Shown here: in pieces, positions 22,056 through 32,504 of the stretch
Layout: every line of letters starts with the position of its first letter
Position numbering within the stretch: position 1 is the stretch's first letter
Source: a virus
Taxonomy: Duplodnaviria; Caudoviricetes
Virus record (IMG/VR): IMGVR_UViG_3300031857_000007
Reading direction: 5' to 3' (one strand)
Length of the DNA: 64,000 nucleotides
Made by a program: the position numbers and the translations under genes
Notes under the pieces: model-generated
Told to the model about the DNA's origin: nothing
The model's input: only the letters and a program-made list of their open reading frames with translations
Databases searched by the model: none

Positions 22056-23443
22056 TCAAACTTAAATCCGTCAAATTGTTTTTTATATTTTTTTGTCTCG
22101 GAATTTTCCCTATAATCTTCGTCACCATAATTCTTAGAATCTATAATGTCATTTTGAGCAGATTGTTCACAATCATATAGACGCATTTTTGCCCTATCAA
22201 TACCAATCACAAAACGTTTGTAAATTGTAGGGTCATTATAACGATTCTTGAGTTGTTTTACAAGAATCTGTCCCAACTCTTCCAACTCTTCAGTGCTAAT
22301 AAGGGCAAACATAAGATCAGCAGTAGCAGGGAGACCAAAGGACTCAGAAGTATCAGTAAGTTCAACATCGCTACTACCATAACCGCTACGAGTGGTTTGA
22401 GTAGCAGATACGATTGGTACGTTGAATTCAACTGCAAGTCCTCGCAATTCTTCAGCAATTGCCTTGACAAATGTATAAGAATTGATGTTGCTATTTCCGC
22501 GATACCTGCTGGAAGAACAAATATTAAGGTAATCAATGAAAATAATATCAGGTCTAAATGACTTCTTAAGTGCAAGTTCATTAAGAAGCGACTTGAAATG
22601 TCCAGCATGTGCGGAGGCAGTTGGGTATTCTTTAATTATAAGAGTACCTTGAGTTTTCTTTGCAAGACTTGTAACCTTATTCTCAAACATTTGCTTAGGA
22701 AGATCGGCAATGTCTTGGATATTAACATTCAAGAGGTTTGCGTCAATTCTTTCAGCAATGCGTTCTTCTGCCATTTCCAACGTAATGTACAAAACGTTCC
22801 GTCCTTGGAGCAAGACGGAGCTAGCCACATGGCACATGAATAGAGATTTCCCGACACCCGTACCAGCAAGAGCGATGTTAAGAGTTTTGTTAGGGAGACC
22901 ACCTTTCGTGATTTTATTAAAGTATTCAAGATCAAATTCAATTTTATCCTCCTTTTTGTGGTATGCTTCATATCTTTGTTCATAATCTTGCAAATAATCA
23001 TGTCCGATATGCGTATCGAAACTTACAGCAAGAGCATCAGAAAGAATAGAAGGGATACTATCACGATTCTTCTTTTCATCTTTACCATCAGCAATATGAA
23101 TCGACTCCATAAGTGCCAAGTAAATGGCACGATCACGACACCACTTTTCGGTAGTATCGATTAACCAATTAAACTCAGCAGGAACGTCCTCTAAAGAAGA
23201 AATCAAATGAATGATTTCTTTAAAAGAAGAATCATTAATGTCTTGACGTTTCTCTACCTCGATACAAAGAACTTCTTTGGTTGCTAATTGATTATACTCC
23301 TGAATAAAAGAAAGTATTTCCTCAAAAACAATTTTTTGATTAGGATCTTCAAAATATTCAGATTTTAGAAATGGTATTACTTTTCTGGTATATTCTTCAT
23401 TGTGTAACAGGTTTCTAAGAATTAGAAACTCAACTTTCTCCAT
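22052..23443 (-). CDS. gp41: replicative DNA helicase (T4 gp41-like)
   Basis: AGTGVGKS Walker [19 protein letters not shown]. Confidence 0.97.
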   Translation of the reverse strand: MEKVEFLILRNLLHNEEYTRKVIPFLKSEYFEDPNQKIVFEEILSFIQEYNQLATKEVLCIEVEKRQDINDSSFKEIIHLISSLEDVPAEFNWLIDTTEKWCRDRAIYLALMESIHIADGKDEKKNRDSIPSILSDALAVSFDTHIGHDYLQDYEQRYEAYHKKEDKIEFDLEYFNKITKGGLPNKTLNIALAGTGVGKSLFMCHVASSVLLQGRNVLYITLEMAEERIAERIDANLLNVNIQDIADLPKQMFENKVTSLAKKTQGTLIIKEYPTASAHAGHFKSLLNELALKKSFRPDIIFIDYLNICSSSRYRGNSNINSYTFVKAIAEELRGLAVEFNVPIVSATQTTRSGYGSSDVELTDTSESFGLPATADLMFALISTEELEELGQILVKQLKNRYNDPTIYKRFVIGIDRAKMRLYDCEQSAQNDIIDSKNYGDEDYRENSETKKYKKQFDGFKFE

Positions 23444-24437
23444 AACTGAATTCCTTACGTGCGATTTCGTCCAATTGTTGCATTACTTCTTCAGTAAAAT
23501 ATTCTTCAGGATTAGCAAGAATCTGCTTTGCATAGATCTTTTTACCATCCATCTCATAGCGTCCTGCTACATTCTTCCAGAGTCCACCAATCTCACCAAG
23601 TTCCAAAAGACCATAGTAACGATCAAGACCGCGCTCATCATAATACAAACGGACTTCAACATCTTTATTCTCCTTACTCAAACGCGATTTAGCAGTCTTA
23701 GCTTTGATAATATTTCCGACCACTTCCGTTCCATCCTTTTCTTTCTTTTTGCTGAGATAAATGATCGTACTTGCTGCGTATTTGAGTCCAGAACCTCCTC
23801 CCATTTCTTTAGTTGGTACGTAAGCTCCGATGACATCGTATGTATGATTTGTGACAATGAGCGGGACATTTGCTTGACCTAGTTTGAGTGTGAGCATTCG
23901 GAATGCACCTTTGACCAGTTGTGATTTAGTCATATCACGAACTTGTTTATCATTGAGTGCATCAGTGATTTCTTTCTCAGTAGAAAGCATACCTAAAGAG
24001 TCTAGCACAAACATACAAGGTTTGCGTTCACCTTCAGGTTTTTTTAAGTAAAGATCTACTGCCTTTAATGCCTTACCACGAAACTCTTCAATAGTAACAA
24101 CATTAACAACCACGAGACGAGAAGTATCAATTCCACGGGATTCTACTAGAGATTTAGTGATAGCAGCCTCAGTGTCAAAGTAGAGACAGTAACCATCGGG
24201 ATGAGTATCAAGAAAATTCTTAACCACGGCGAGAGAGAAAAAAGTCTTTCCAGTAGAAGACTCTCCAGCAATAGCAGTAATCTTATTCCCAGATACACCA
24301 CCAAATATGCTACCTGAAACCAGTGCATTAAAAATGTATGAACCCGTATCAACATAACTCTCAGTTTCATCAATGTCAGAGGCAAGTTGTGTATACTCAC
24401 CACCAATTTCTTTTACAATATCTTTAAGAAAGTCCAT
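23430..24437 (-). CDS. uvsX: RecA-like recombinase
   Basis: [23 protein letters not shown]. Confidence 0.96.
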   Translation of the reverse strand: MDFLKDIVKEIGGEYTQLASDIDETESYVDTGSYIFNALVSGSIFGGVSGNKITAIAGESSTGKTFFSLAVVKNFLDTHPDGYCLYFDTEAAITKSLVESRGIDTSRLVVVNVVTIEEFRGKALKAVDLYLKKPEGERKPCMFVLDSLGMLSTEKEITDALNDKQVRDMTKSQLVKGAFRMLTLKLGQANVPLIVTNHTYDVIGAYVPTKEMGGGSGLKYAASTIIYLSKKKEKDGTEVVGNIIKAKTAKSRLSKENKDVEVRLYYDERGLDRYYGLLELGEIGGLWKNVAGRYEMDGKKIYAKQILANPEEYFTEEVMQQLDEIARKEFSYGES

Positions 24438-24439
24438 AA

Positions 24440-24565
24440 TTACTTTTTCTCATAGTTTTTTTTATTTAATTTATAAGACCACAATTTACCATAAAGTTGA
24501 GGATATCTATTTTTTAAAACCTCAACAATGATCTCAAATTCTTTTTCTGTAATAGGCAATTCCAT
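24440..24565 (-). CDS. 41-aa hypothetical protein ([41 protein letters not shown])
   Basis: Hand translation; TGATG coupling to gp43. Confidence 0.55.
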   Translation of the reverse strand: MELPITEKEFEIIVEVLKNRYPQLYGKLWSYKLNKKNYEKK

Positions 24566-27060
24566 CAAGTAAAAAATGCATCTAGGTTTGTAGTCTTTTC
24601 TATTCTCCAACCAATAGAATCTAAAATATTTTTTAGTGGTTCTAAAAAAGCCTTTTCAAATTGTAGTTCATAATCAATGTATCTGTCAAGATTCAACTCT
24701 TTAGGAAACTCTTGGATAAAAGAAATTACATTTTCATGAATACTATTTGGTTTTTTTAGATATATAAATTTAATTTTTTCTCCATTTTGAATTAAAGAAT
24801 ACTTATTTGATAATTTATTCTGTTTAATATAATAGTTGAATAGTAATGCTCCACGAACATGGATTGGAGTTCCTTTCAAATATATTGTCGAAGAAGAAAA
24901 ATATTTTTGAACGTCTGAAACAGAACGAGGGAATGAAATTTCTTCAGGAGAGAGTTTTTTGAACTTAGTCTTACATTCACTAATAAAATCTATAACATTA
25001 TCTTCTGTGCCACTCATCATTAGTTTAAGTGCATCTTTAATCATTTTACGACAAGGTGCTGGAGTTGAAGATTTGATTGCTTCAATTCCCATGATTTTTA
25101 GTTTAGGTTCTTCATATCGAACTCCCTCACTATCCCACACATTAAGAATGTATCGTTTCTTAGCAGTCCAAATTCCACGATCAGCAATATTCTCTCGTTT
25201 CATCTGCATTTTTTGGTCATAGGCATTCACATAGTCGGCCAATTCTTGGTATGAATTTTCAATATACTTTTCAAGTTCCAATGAAGCGACCTTATCAAGG
25301 AACGAAACAATGCTTTCAGTAGTTTTCTCTCTTCCCTTGAATACAGTTTCAACCAAAGGACCCATATTAAGATAAATGGAATCAGTATCTGAAGCAATAA
25401 CATAATCCTCACCTTCAGTTTTTAAAATTCTGTTTAAATATGAATTCATTTTACCTTCAATCCAACGGATTGAGACCTGTCCACTAAGAGTAATTGCTTC
25501 TGCATTCTCAAGTTTATAGTAACGAAAGTACTGATTTCCAATGGCCCCATAGGCAGAGTTAAGTGAAATTTTCTTTGCCATTTGGATATTATTAAACCTT
25601 GCAATTTCCTTCTCTAATTGTTTAGTAGGATTCTTTTCATACTCCTTTTTTGCCTGGATCATTTTTTTCTTATAGATAACTCGGTCTCCATACATTTTTT
25701 CCATTAACTCTGGAAGAAATCCCCGAATATCCTTCCTATACATTGCACCATTTGCACATACCGCATAGTCCTTATACATCTCAAAATTTATAGACTGATT
25801 GAGAATCTTATCGACCGAAACTGTGGGATGCCTTTCATCCATAATTGTTTCTGGTGAAATATTATATTGCATAATCAAGTGTGGATACAGTGAGTTAAGG
25901 TCAAAGTTCACAACCCAATCATACTTACCTGGAATTGGTTCCTTCACATATGCTCCAGCATACTTTTCATTCTTCTGAGATTTATTCTTTGGTGGAATAA
26001 CAATATTGCGCTTCTTGAGATAATTGTAAATAATGTTATCCCACATACGAACTTGGTAGAAAACGTCCGCAAAATTTACTTTAGCATCATATGCCATAGT
26101 AATAGCAAGTTCAATCAACTTCATTTTATCTTCAAGTTGATCAACAAGTTCTACGTCCCGAATATTATACTCAATAAACTTTTGCCAATCTTTAGTATAA
26201 AAATCTTTAAAGGTATCATATTCAGAGTGATCAAGTTTTTTTACTCCCAATTCAACTTCTGTAATATAATCCAATCTATAAGATTCCTGAGCCTTATAAG
26301 TAAACTTTTTATAAAGATCTAGATAGTCCAATTGAGTAACGCCACCAACATCAAAGTTGGTGTGCTTTCTTCCATTAATATAAACTTCCCCCTCAGTAAC
26401 TAATCCCCAAGGAGACAGTCTTTTCATCAACTTTTCACCAAGAACTCTATTAATTCTCTTGGCAATATAAGGAATATCATATAGTTGAATATTCCAACCA
26501 GTAATTACTTCGGGAGTAAATTCAATCCAGTAATTAATAAATGAATTCAATAAGTTATACTCAGAATCACAATAATTATAAGTAACATCTTTTCTTTTAT
26601 TTGAAAAAGGTTTTACACCCCAAGTAATAATATGTTTACTAGAATAATCCTGAATTGTGATAGAAAGTATTTCTTCAGAGCAGGATTCTACGTCAGGGAA
26701 TCCTTCTTCAGAAGCAACCTCAATATCAAGAGTAATTAATTTTATTTTGTTAATATCAAACTTTATTTCATCTTCTGGGTACTTGTCAGAAATATACTGA
26801 TAGATATACCTATCATTACCATATATCTTAAAACCTTCTACTCCATCATATTTACTATAAAATTCTCTACAATCTTTTACTGTCCCTGGTTTAATTGGGT
26901 CTACAGAATCACCTTCTAAAGTTTGATATTTCGACTCCTTTTTTGTAGGAACATATAGAGTTGGATTAAATTTATCCCTTATCATAAAATTGTTTCCATT
27001 TTCGTATCCACGAACAAGAAACTGATCGCCAATCAATTGAACATTAGTATAGAATCTCAT
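24565..27060 (-). CDS. gp43: family B DNA polymerase (T4 gp43-like)
   Basis: DIE exo, FDLNSLYP, KISLNSAYG, SDTDS, KKRY; no intein-sized insert. Confidence 0.98.
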   Translation of the reverse strand: MRFYTNVQLIGDQFLVRGYENGNNFMIRDKFNPTLYVPTKKESKYQTLEGDSVDPIKPGTVKDCREFYSKYDGVEGFKIYGNDRYIYQYISDKYPEDEIKFDINKIKLITLDIEVASEEGFPDVESCSEEILSITIQDYSSKHIITWGVKPFSNKRKDVTYNYCDSEYNLLNSFINYWIEFTPEVITGWNIQLYDIPYIAKRINRVLGEKLMKRLSPWGLVTEGEVYINGRKHTNFDVGGVTQLDYLDLYKKFTYKAQESYRLDYITEVELGVKKLDHSEYDTFKDFYTKDWQKFIEYNIRDVELVDQLEDKMKLIELAITMAYDAKVNFADVFYQVRMWDNIIYNYLKKRNIVIPPKNKSQKNEKYAGAYVKEPIPGKYDWVVNFDLNSLYPHLIMQYNISPETIMDERHPTVSVDKILNQSINFEMYKDYAVCANGAMYRKDIRGFLPELMEKMYGDRVIYKKKMIQAKKEYEKNPTKQLEKEIARFNNIQMAKKISLNSAYGAIGNQYFRYYKLENAEAITLSGQVSIRWIEGKMNSYLNRILKTEGEDYVIASDTDSIYLNMGPLVETVFKGREKTTESIVSFLDKVASLELEKYIENSYQELADYVNAYDQKMQMKRENIADRGIWTAKKRYILNVWDSEGVRYEEPKLKIMGIEAIKSSTPAPCRKMIKDALKLMMSGTEDNVIDFISECKTKFKKLSPEEISFPRSVSDVQKYFSSSTIYLKGTPIHVRGALLFNYYIKQNKLSNKYSLIQNGEKIKFIYLKKPNSIHENVISFIQEFPKELNLDRYIDYELQFEKAFLEPLKNILDSIGWRIEKTTNLDAFFT

Positions 27061-27104
27061 TTATCGAAATAGTGTAGAGGGATTGATTTATAAAGGTACC
27101 AATA

Positions 27105-27365
27105 TTACTTAAACATGCCCAAATACAATTCTTTTATTTTTTGATTTGGTATCATCAAAGTAATAATTTTATCAGAATGTATTTTAAATGATTGTTGAGT
27201 GGAATATTCTATTAACCAGGGTTGTATTGTTTTATCTGGCATTATTTGGTAAGGATCTTTAAGTAAACAATCTGGTTCTCCAAGTTCTGTCGATAGTTCC
27301 TCAATTTGAGCAATTAGCGTTGTGCCATTAGCAAGCAACAAAGCAAAAATATTAGATTCATCCAT
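27105..27365 (-). CDS. hypothetical protein
   Basis: Conserved position upstream of gp43. Confidence 0.7.
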   Translation of the reverse strand: MDESNIFALLLANGTTLIAQIEELSTELGEPDCLLKDPYQIMPDKTIQPWLIEYSTQQSFKIHSDKIITLMIPNQKIKELYLGMFK

Positions 27366-27663
27366 TTCTAATAACATCCTTTTCGTACATTTCTGTTAGT
27401 TTATCAATTGGATCTAAAATAGTAATGACAGAATCCAAAGAAACTGGAATTTTATCATTTTTACTCAGAGGTATCCAAGAGGATAATTTAATTTCCAATG
27501 AAGAATTTGTTTCTGCTGAGGTTGGTTTTTTAATACCAATCAAACAAGGTTTAATAAAAAAATATCCAACAACTCTTTGATTTCCTTCATCCCCAAGAAC
27601 CATTTCTTGAATGTCGGATATAATCTGTTCTCCAGATTTCATTAATGCAATTTTTATAGACAT
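27358..27663 (-). CDS. hypothetical protein
   Basis: MSIKIALMKSGEQIISD...; start trimmed. Confidence 0.7.
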   Translation of the reverse strand: MSIKIALMKSGEQIISDIQEMVLGDEGNQRVVGYFFIKPCLIGIKKPTSAETNSSLEIKLSSWIPLSKNDKIPVSLDSVITILDPIDKLTEMYEKDVIRNG

Positions 27664-27761
27664 TTTGTTCTCATTACCCCTGATTATTTTAGCAAGAAAA
27701 AAGGGGGAAGTCAACTGGATTTTGCCAGTCGTTCCCCTGCGCCGACGATATTCAATTCTAT

Positions 27762-27920
27762 TTATTCCCCTCCATCACCACCATCACCACCAGCACTTGA
27801 ACGACTTCTTACTGGAACTGCCTTTTCTTTTGGAATTTGTTTTGATCTTCCTCCAGAATAGACAGTGTGTGGAACCGCGTTCTTATACGCAATTGTTTTG
27901 AATTCGTCGAATGATTTCAT
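27762..27920 (-). CDS. 52-aa hypothetical protein (MKSFDEFKTIAYK...GGDGGDGGE)
   Basis: Hand translation; late-like CTAAATA upstream. Confidence 0.55.
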   Translation of the reverse strand: MKSFDEFKTIAYKNAVPHTVYSGGRSKQIPKEKAVPVRSRSSAGGDGGDGGE

Positions 27921-27933
27921 TTTTTATTTTTAT

Positions 27934-28368
27934 TTAGAGGTAATCTTTCCTCCTGTGATGCTCAGGAACAATCCTACCAAGAGTGATTGTCAGAAGACCA
28001 TCCTCAAAATCAACTGATCTAACTTCCGTATCATCGGAAAGTGTCCATGCTCTTTTAAAACTCCGTTGAGCCAAACCTTTGTGAAGATAATTGGACTCCG
28101 TTTCTTTATCCTCCTTCTGACCTTCTACAAAGAGTTTTCCGTCTTGCGTATAAACATATACCTCCTTCTTTTTAAATCCTGCAAGAGCAAGTTCTAGTCG
28201 GGATTCTACATTATTTACCTGAACTAAGTTATATGGAGGATAGTTAGTGGTAGTTTCATGGAGATGGAAAATGCGATCAAAATATTCATCCATTCCAATA
28301 CTATACTTGTTAATTCTTTCCATTAATGCAGGAAGATCCGCAGCAGTATAACGTGCAAGGTTAGTCAT
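27934..28368 (-). CDS. hsp20: small heat shock protein Hsp20/IbpA family
   Basis: YPPYN, ELALAGF, GLAQRSF, DGLLTI. Confidence 0.95.
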   Translation of the reverse strand: MTNLARYTAADLPALMERINKYSIGMDEYFDRIFHLHETTTNYPPYNLVQVNNVESRLELALAGFKKKEVYVYTQDGKLFVEGQKEDKETESNYLHKGLAQRSFKRAWTLSDDTEVRSVDFEDGLLTITLGRIVPEHHRRKDYL

Positions 28369-28528
28369 TATGGTAGCTCCTTTTTAAAGCGAGTTTGTGT
28401 TGTGTGGACCCTTTCGGCATCCATTACTAATTATACAAGAAACGAAAAAAAGAGGTATCGGTAAAACCGAACCTCTTTTTAGGGTGTTCCGACTTTTGTA
28501 GAGACCGCACGAAAGGTCTCAGTCTTAT

Positions 28529-28975
28529 TTATTCTGCTTCTACAGATTTTGCCTTTTTACCAATATTATATTTTTGCTCAAGAATCCAATCACCCTTATC
28601 CTTATAGGAAAGTACTTTGATTTGATTGAGTGGTGCAATATCAATTACAGAGTCTGGTTTTACTACCGTAATAAGTCCCCAATCAGCAAGAAGTCTTACA
28701 ATTCTATTACGTCTTTGAATATCATTAACAGTAAGGTTTGCGTGCTTTCCGTCAAGAGCAAAAAGTTCTTTGAAGTGAACAATATAATATCTACCTTGCT
28801 TATGAAGAATGTGGCAAGATTGGTAAAGTTTTTTCTCCTTTCTCGATGCAACTCCGATACGTGTCAAAGTTTCACGAACTTTCAAAAAATCATCAGGTTC
28901 ATTAAGAATAACCTCAACCATTTGATCCTGAGACCAATGAACTTCAGGTTCTACTGTATTTGTTGCAGTAGTCAT
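28529..28975 (-). CDS. regA: translational repressor RegA
   Basis: FLKVRETLTRIG...CHILHKQGRYYIVHFKELF. Confidence 0.95.
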   Translation of the reverse strand: MTTATNTVEPEVHWSQDQMVEVILNEPDDFLKVRETLTRIGVASRKEKKLYQSCHILHKQGRYYIVHFKELFALDGKHANLTVNDIQRRNRIVRLLADWGLITVVKPDSVIDIAPLNQIKVLSYKDKGDWILEQKYNIGKKAKSVEAE

Positions 28976-29340
28976 TTTTTTCCTCCAATATCAAGTCTTT
29001 GTTTAATAAAAGCAATTTGTTCTTTCGATAAGATTTTTAGAGCTTGCAATGCTTTTTCATTACTATATCCATAGTAACTTTTAATACATTCTAAGTCTGT
29101 AACTTTATCTTTTCGGAGCCAGGGAGAAAATCTCTTCTTTTTCCTAAGACTATTTAGATAAAATGAATATTGCATGTCTTTATCTAAGCGACAATTAATA
29201 TTCATCTCATTTGCATACATGATGCAATCAATATGTCCAGACAAACATTTATTGACAATATATGGAGGATACTCACCAATATCTTCTGACAAATCCTCTT
29301 TCGTAAAATTTACCGAATTCAACCAGTCCTTCAATTCCAT
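28972..29340 (-). CDS. gp62: clamp loader small subunit
   Basis: Position and YYGYSNEKA motif. Confidence 0.9.
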   Translation of the reverse strand: MELKDWLNSVNFTKEDLSEDIGEYPPYIVNKCLSGHIDCIMYANEMNINCRLDKDMQYSFYLNSLRKKKRFSPWLRKDKVTDLECIKSYYGYSNEKALQALKILSKEQIAFIKQRLDIGGKK

Positions 29341-30179
29341 AACAAATCTTTATTATAATTAAACAACAAAAGTTCTTTTCTTTCTTTTTGCTCTCTCATA
29401 TATTCACCAACAGAACGCATTGTGTAAGTCAAATCAAACTCACCCGTCTTCCATTTCTTGTTCTTGAATCGATCTTTAACCAGTTGATCGGAGTTATAAC
29501 TTATTAGTTGATGCATATAACAAGCGTCACAATCAGCAGCAAACTTATCGTGATCAAATCCTTTGTGCATTGATCCCTTACGCCCATAGAGATTATCCTT
29601 AATATCATAAGGAGGATCAAGATACATAAAAGCACCCATGTTTCCATCCATCAGATAATCATAGGAGTAATTAGTTATACGCCAGTTTGCAATCAACGCA
29701 GAATACGCAGGCAACTTTTCGATCCCCCGCAAACTGAAGTTGGAATTGGACGCTTGCTGAGAAAATGATGAACTCTCTGTGAGACCACTGAAACTGCACT
29801 TATTGACAACATAGAAAGCCACAGCACGGTCAATGCTAGGCAAACTTTGGTCATTAACATGCTCCTTTGATTTGAGAAACAATTCTTTCGCTAAATCTGG
29901 AGTGTTGTAAGCAAGTTTACAATCCACCAGTTCATTTTTCAAATCATTTCCAAACATCTGGAGTTGCTGCCAGAAGTTTACAAGAGGTTCATATAAATCA
30001 TTTACCCAAATATTTAACCCAGGATACTTCTTTGTGATATAAATCGCAACACTTCCCCCACCAAGAAACGGTTCACGAAACTCTTCATAGTTGCGAAGAT
30101 CTGGAAAATAAGGTCCCATCTTTTCACAAGCACGAGATTTACCTCCAGGATAACGTAAAGGAGTTTTGAGAGATTTCAT
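29331..30179 (-). CDS. dam: DNA adenine methyltransferase (Dam/D12 class)
   Basis: YPGGKS, EPFLGGG, YLDPPY. Confidence 0.92.
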   Translation of the reverse strand: MKSLKTPLRYPGGKSRACEKMGPYFPDLRNYEEFREPFLGGGSVAIYITKKYPGLNIWVNDLYEPLVNFWQQLQMFGNDLKNELVDCKLAYNTPDLAKELFLKSKEHVNDQSLPSIDRAVAFYVVNKCSFSGLTESSSFSQQASNSNFSLRGIEKLPAYSALIANWRITNYSYDYLMDGNMGAFMYLDPPYDIKDNLYGRKGSMHKGFDHDKFAADCDACYMHQLISYNSDQLVKDRFKNKKWKTGEFDLTYTMRSVGEYMREQKERKELLLFNYNKDLLWN

Positions 30180-31126
30180 TTGAATTCACACTCCACCATG
30201 ATTTCAGTAAGGGCAGCAAGAAGATTTATTTCCTGATCAGCCACGAATGCACATTGGTATTGATACTTAGCAATAACAAGAACAGCAGCGGGAATAGATT
30301 GGGGTAGAAGGTGATCAAAAGCGGCGTCATAAACCCTGCGAAGTAGATGAGAAGCGTCGTTGTCCAAGTTGCTGACCACCCACTTTCGGACTTCAGTAAA
30401 GTTTTTAGTTTTGAGATTTTTAACAAGTTCATTTACAGATACGTCAGAGAAAGAGGCAAGAATACCAGAGTCAATTTTGCCACCAGTAGAATATCTTTGG
30501 ATTTCATTTAGAACACGTCGAAAATCGGGAAAGTGTTTCGATACGAGTTCTGCAACGACTTTTTGATCATACTCAATCTTTTCTTGATCCAAGATCGTTT
30601 GGAGACGTTGGAAGAAACTTCCTGCGAGTTGGACCCTTTGCTTTCCTTTGATTGTGAAATCAATGACTGCACATCGGGAGTGGAGGGGTTCAATGATTTT
30701 ATTTTTGTAGTTACAGGTGAAGATGAATCGGCAGTTGTTATAAAATGCCTCAATATTCGCCCGTAGTAAGAGTTGTACGTCGTTGCCTGTGTTATCAGCC
30801 TCATCGATGATGATGACTTTATGTTTAGAAGATCCTGTAAGTGAGACGGTCGAAGCGAAGTTCTTCGCTTGGTTCCGTACAGTATCCAGGAAACGCCCTT
30901 CGTCGGATCCGTTGATAACATAATAGTCTGCTCCCAGTTCATTGCACAATGCTTTTGCAATGGTAGTTTTACCAATACCAGGAGGTCCTGCGAGAAGGAG
31001 ATTTGGAATCTCACCTTTCTCTACAAACTCCTTAAATGTTTTTTTAGTATCATCAGGAAGAATACAATCCTCAATCACTTGAGGGCGGTATTTCTCCACA
31101 AAAAGAAATTCACTTGTCACAATCAA
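30176..31126 (-). CDS. gp44: clamp loader large subunit (non-ATG start)
   Basis: EKYRP, GPPGIGKT, IIDEAD, SRC. Confidence 0.95.
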   Translation of the reverse strand: MIVTSEFLFVEKYRPQVIEDCILPDDTKKTFKEFVEKGEIPNLLLAGPPGIGKTTIAKALCNELGADYYVINGSDEGRFLDTVRNQAKNFASTVSLTGSSKHKVIIIDEADNTGNDVQLLLRANIEAFYNNCRFIFTCNYKNKIIEPLHSRCAVIDFTIKGKQRVQLAGSFFQRLQTILDQEKIEYDQKVVAELVSKHFPDFRRVLNEIQRYSTGGKIDSGILASFSDVSVNELVKNLKTKNFTEVRKWVVSNLDNDASHLLRRVYDAAFDHLLPQSIPAAVLVIAKYQYQCAFVADQEINLLAALTEIMVECEFK

Positions 31127-31274
31127 ACCTTACCCCTTTTTTCCAACAATAGACAATATAATCAGACAAAGAATATCTATTATCTTTTAGATATTCTTTG
31201 AGATCTAAAAAATCAGATTCGTCTTTCTGTTTTATAGATATGCTAGTTATTAAATTAGATTTTTGCCTGTACAT
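31110..31274 (-). CDS. 54-aa protein, possible ribbon-helix-helix
   Basis: MYRQKSNLITSISIKQKDESDFLDLKEYLKDNRYSLSDYIVYCWKKGVRFDCDK by hand translation. Confidence 0.5.
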   Translation of the reverse strand: MYRQKSNLITSISIKQKDESDFLDLKEYLKDNRYSLSDYIVYCWKKGVRFDCDK

Positions 31275-31283
31275 AATAATGAA

Positions 31284-31949
31284 TTATCCAAATGTTGAAT
31301 CTGGCTCAAGTGCAATATAATACGTTACATCAAATCCAGTATTCTTAAATCGCGACAAAAGTTTACTTGAGATGACCACCTCATAGTTACCAGGGATAAT
31401 CTTGATGTTTTCTACCTTGAAGTTGAAAGTGAATACTTCATCAGTTTCACCAACAACCACAGAGAAGTCGTTAGAAGTATCGTTCTTCTTATCACGAACA
31501 ACCAGTTTCACCACACCTGCTTCACCAACCACAGACAAGTCAGGAAGTTGATAAACAGCAGCAGCTTTAAGCAGTTTATCAAGTTCTTTGGTATCAAGCA
31601 AGAAACAAACGTCTTCGCTTGGCAACGAAATAGATTTATCTGGTGGGGTAACAATTACGTTAGGATCTGCAAAGAAATATTTTGATCGTGTTTTACCTTC
31701 CTTAATGACAACATATCCATCATTCTGGAAATCAAGTTCTGCATTCTGGTGCAGATTAAGTCCGTTCAGAAACTGGTTCAAATCATAGATACCAAAATCT
31801 TTGGGGAGTTCTTCTTCAATTGTTGCTTCCGCAAGAATGTTCTTCATCACCGAAATTGTGCGAAGATTGTTTCCTTCCTTAAACAGAATGGACTGATTGA
31901 TAGAAGAGAAGTTCTTGAGGAGGGTAAGAGTTTTATCAGAGAGTTTCAT
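31284..31949 (-). CDS. gp45: sliding clamp
   Basis: MKLS..TL.LLKNFSSINQSI; YYIALE. Confidence 0.95.
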   Translation of the reverse strand: MKLSDKTLTLLKNFSSINQSILFKEGNNLRTISVMKNILAEATIEEELPKDFGIYDLNQFLNGLNLHQNAELDFQNDGYVVIKEGKTRSKYFFADPNVIVTPPDKSISLPSEDVCFLLDTKELDKLLKAAAVYQLPDLSVVGEAGVVKLVVRDKKNDTSNDFSVVVGETDEVFTFNFKVENIKIIPGNYEVVISSKLLSRFKNTGFDVTYYIALEPDSTFG

Positions 31950-31954
31950 AATAA

Positions 31955-32464
31955 TCAGCGAGTAAATTCAGTAAAACCATTATCTTTACGAGTGTAGTGC
32001 CCATCGAAATGGAGAAGAAGCATAGCGTAATGAATGACTTTCATCAAATCGCGCTTATTACGTCCATCCTTATCACCATAACGACTGCCATACTTAAGGA
32101 TATTTGCTTGACAAAAATGTGTTGCCAGATCCTTCGCTGCCATCAGGTCGATAGTTTGCGTATTCTTATACGCTTCATTATGTCCACAATAATGACTACC
32201 ATACGTGCTAGTCACATAATCCTGAATATCTTTCAGAATTTTATCCTCATTATATTTCCAAAGGTGGTTTTTAGTTTCGCTCATGTTCACAGGATTTTTT
32301 GTTAGATTAAGCATTCCAGTCTCTTCATTTAGAGACATAGTAAATTGATTATAGGGAAGATTACGATCCCTATCATAATATTCTGGAGTGTGTTCTACCA
32401 TCTCGGGATTAGAAGTTTTTGCATGATTAATTCCAAAGTTATTGGAATAAGGATACTCGTCCAT
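31955..32464 (-). CDS. conserved phage protein (DUF3310-like C-terminal part)
   Basis: HY...NILKYGSRYGDKDG...DLMKVIHY. Confidence 0.75.
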   Translation of the reverse strand: MDEYPYSNNFGINHAKTSNPEMVEHTPEYYDRDRNLPYNQFTMSLNEETGMLNLTKNPVNMSETKNHLWKYNEDKILKDIQDYVTSTYGSHYCGHNEAYKNTQTIDLMAAKDLATHFCQANILKYGSRYGDKDGRNKRDLMKVIHYAMLLLHFDGHYTRKDNGFTEFTR

Positions 32465-32504
32465 AATAAAAAGGGGAAGTCATAATTAACCTTCCCCAAT
32501 TATA

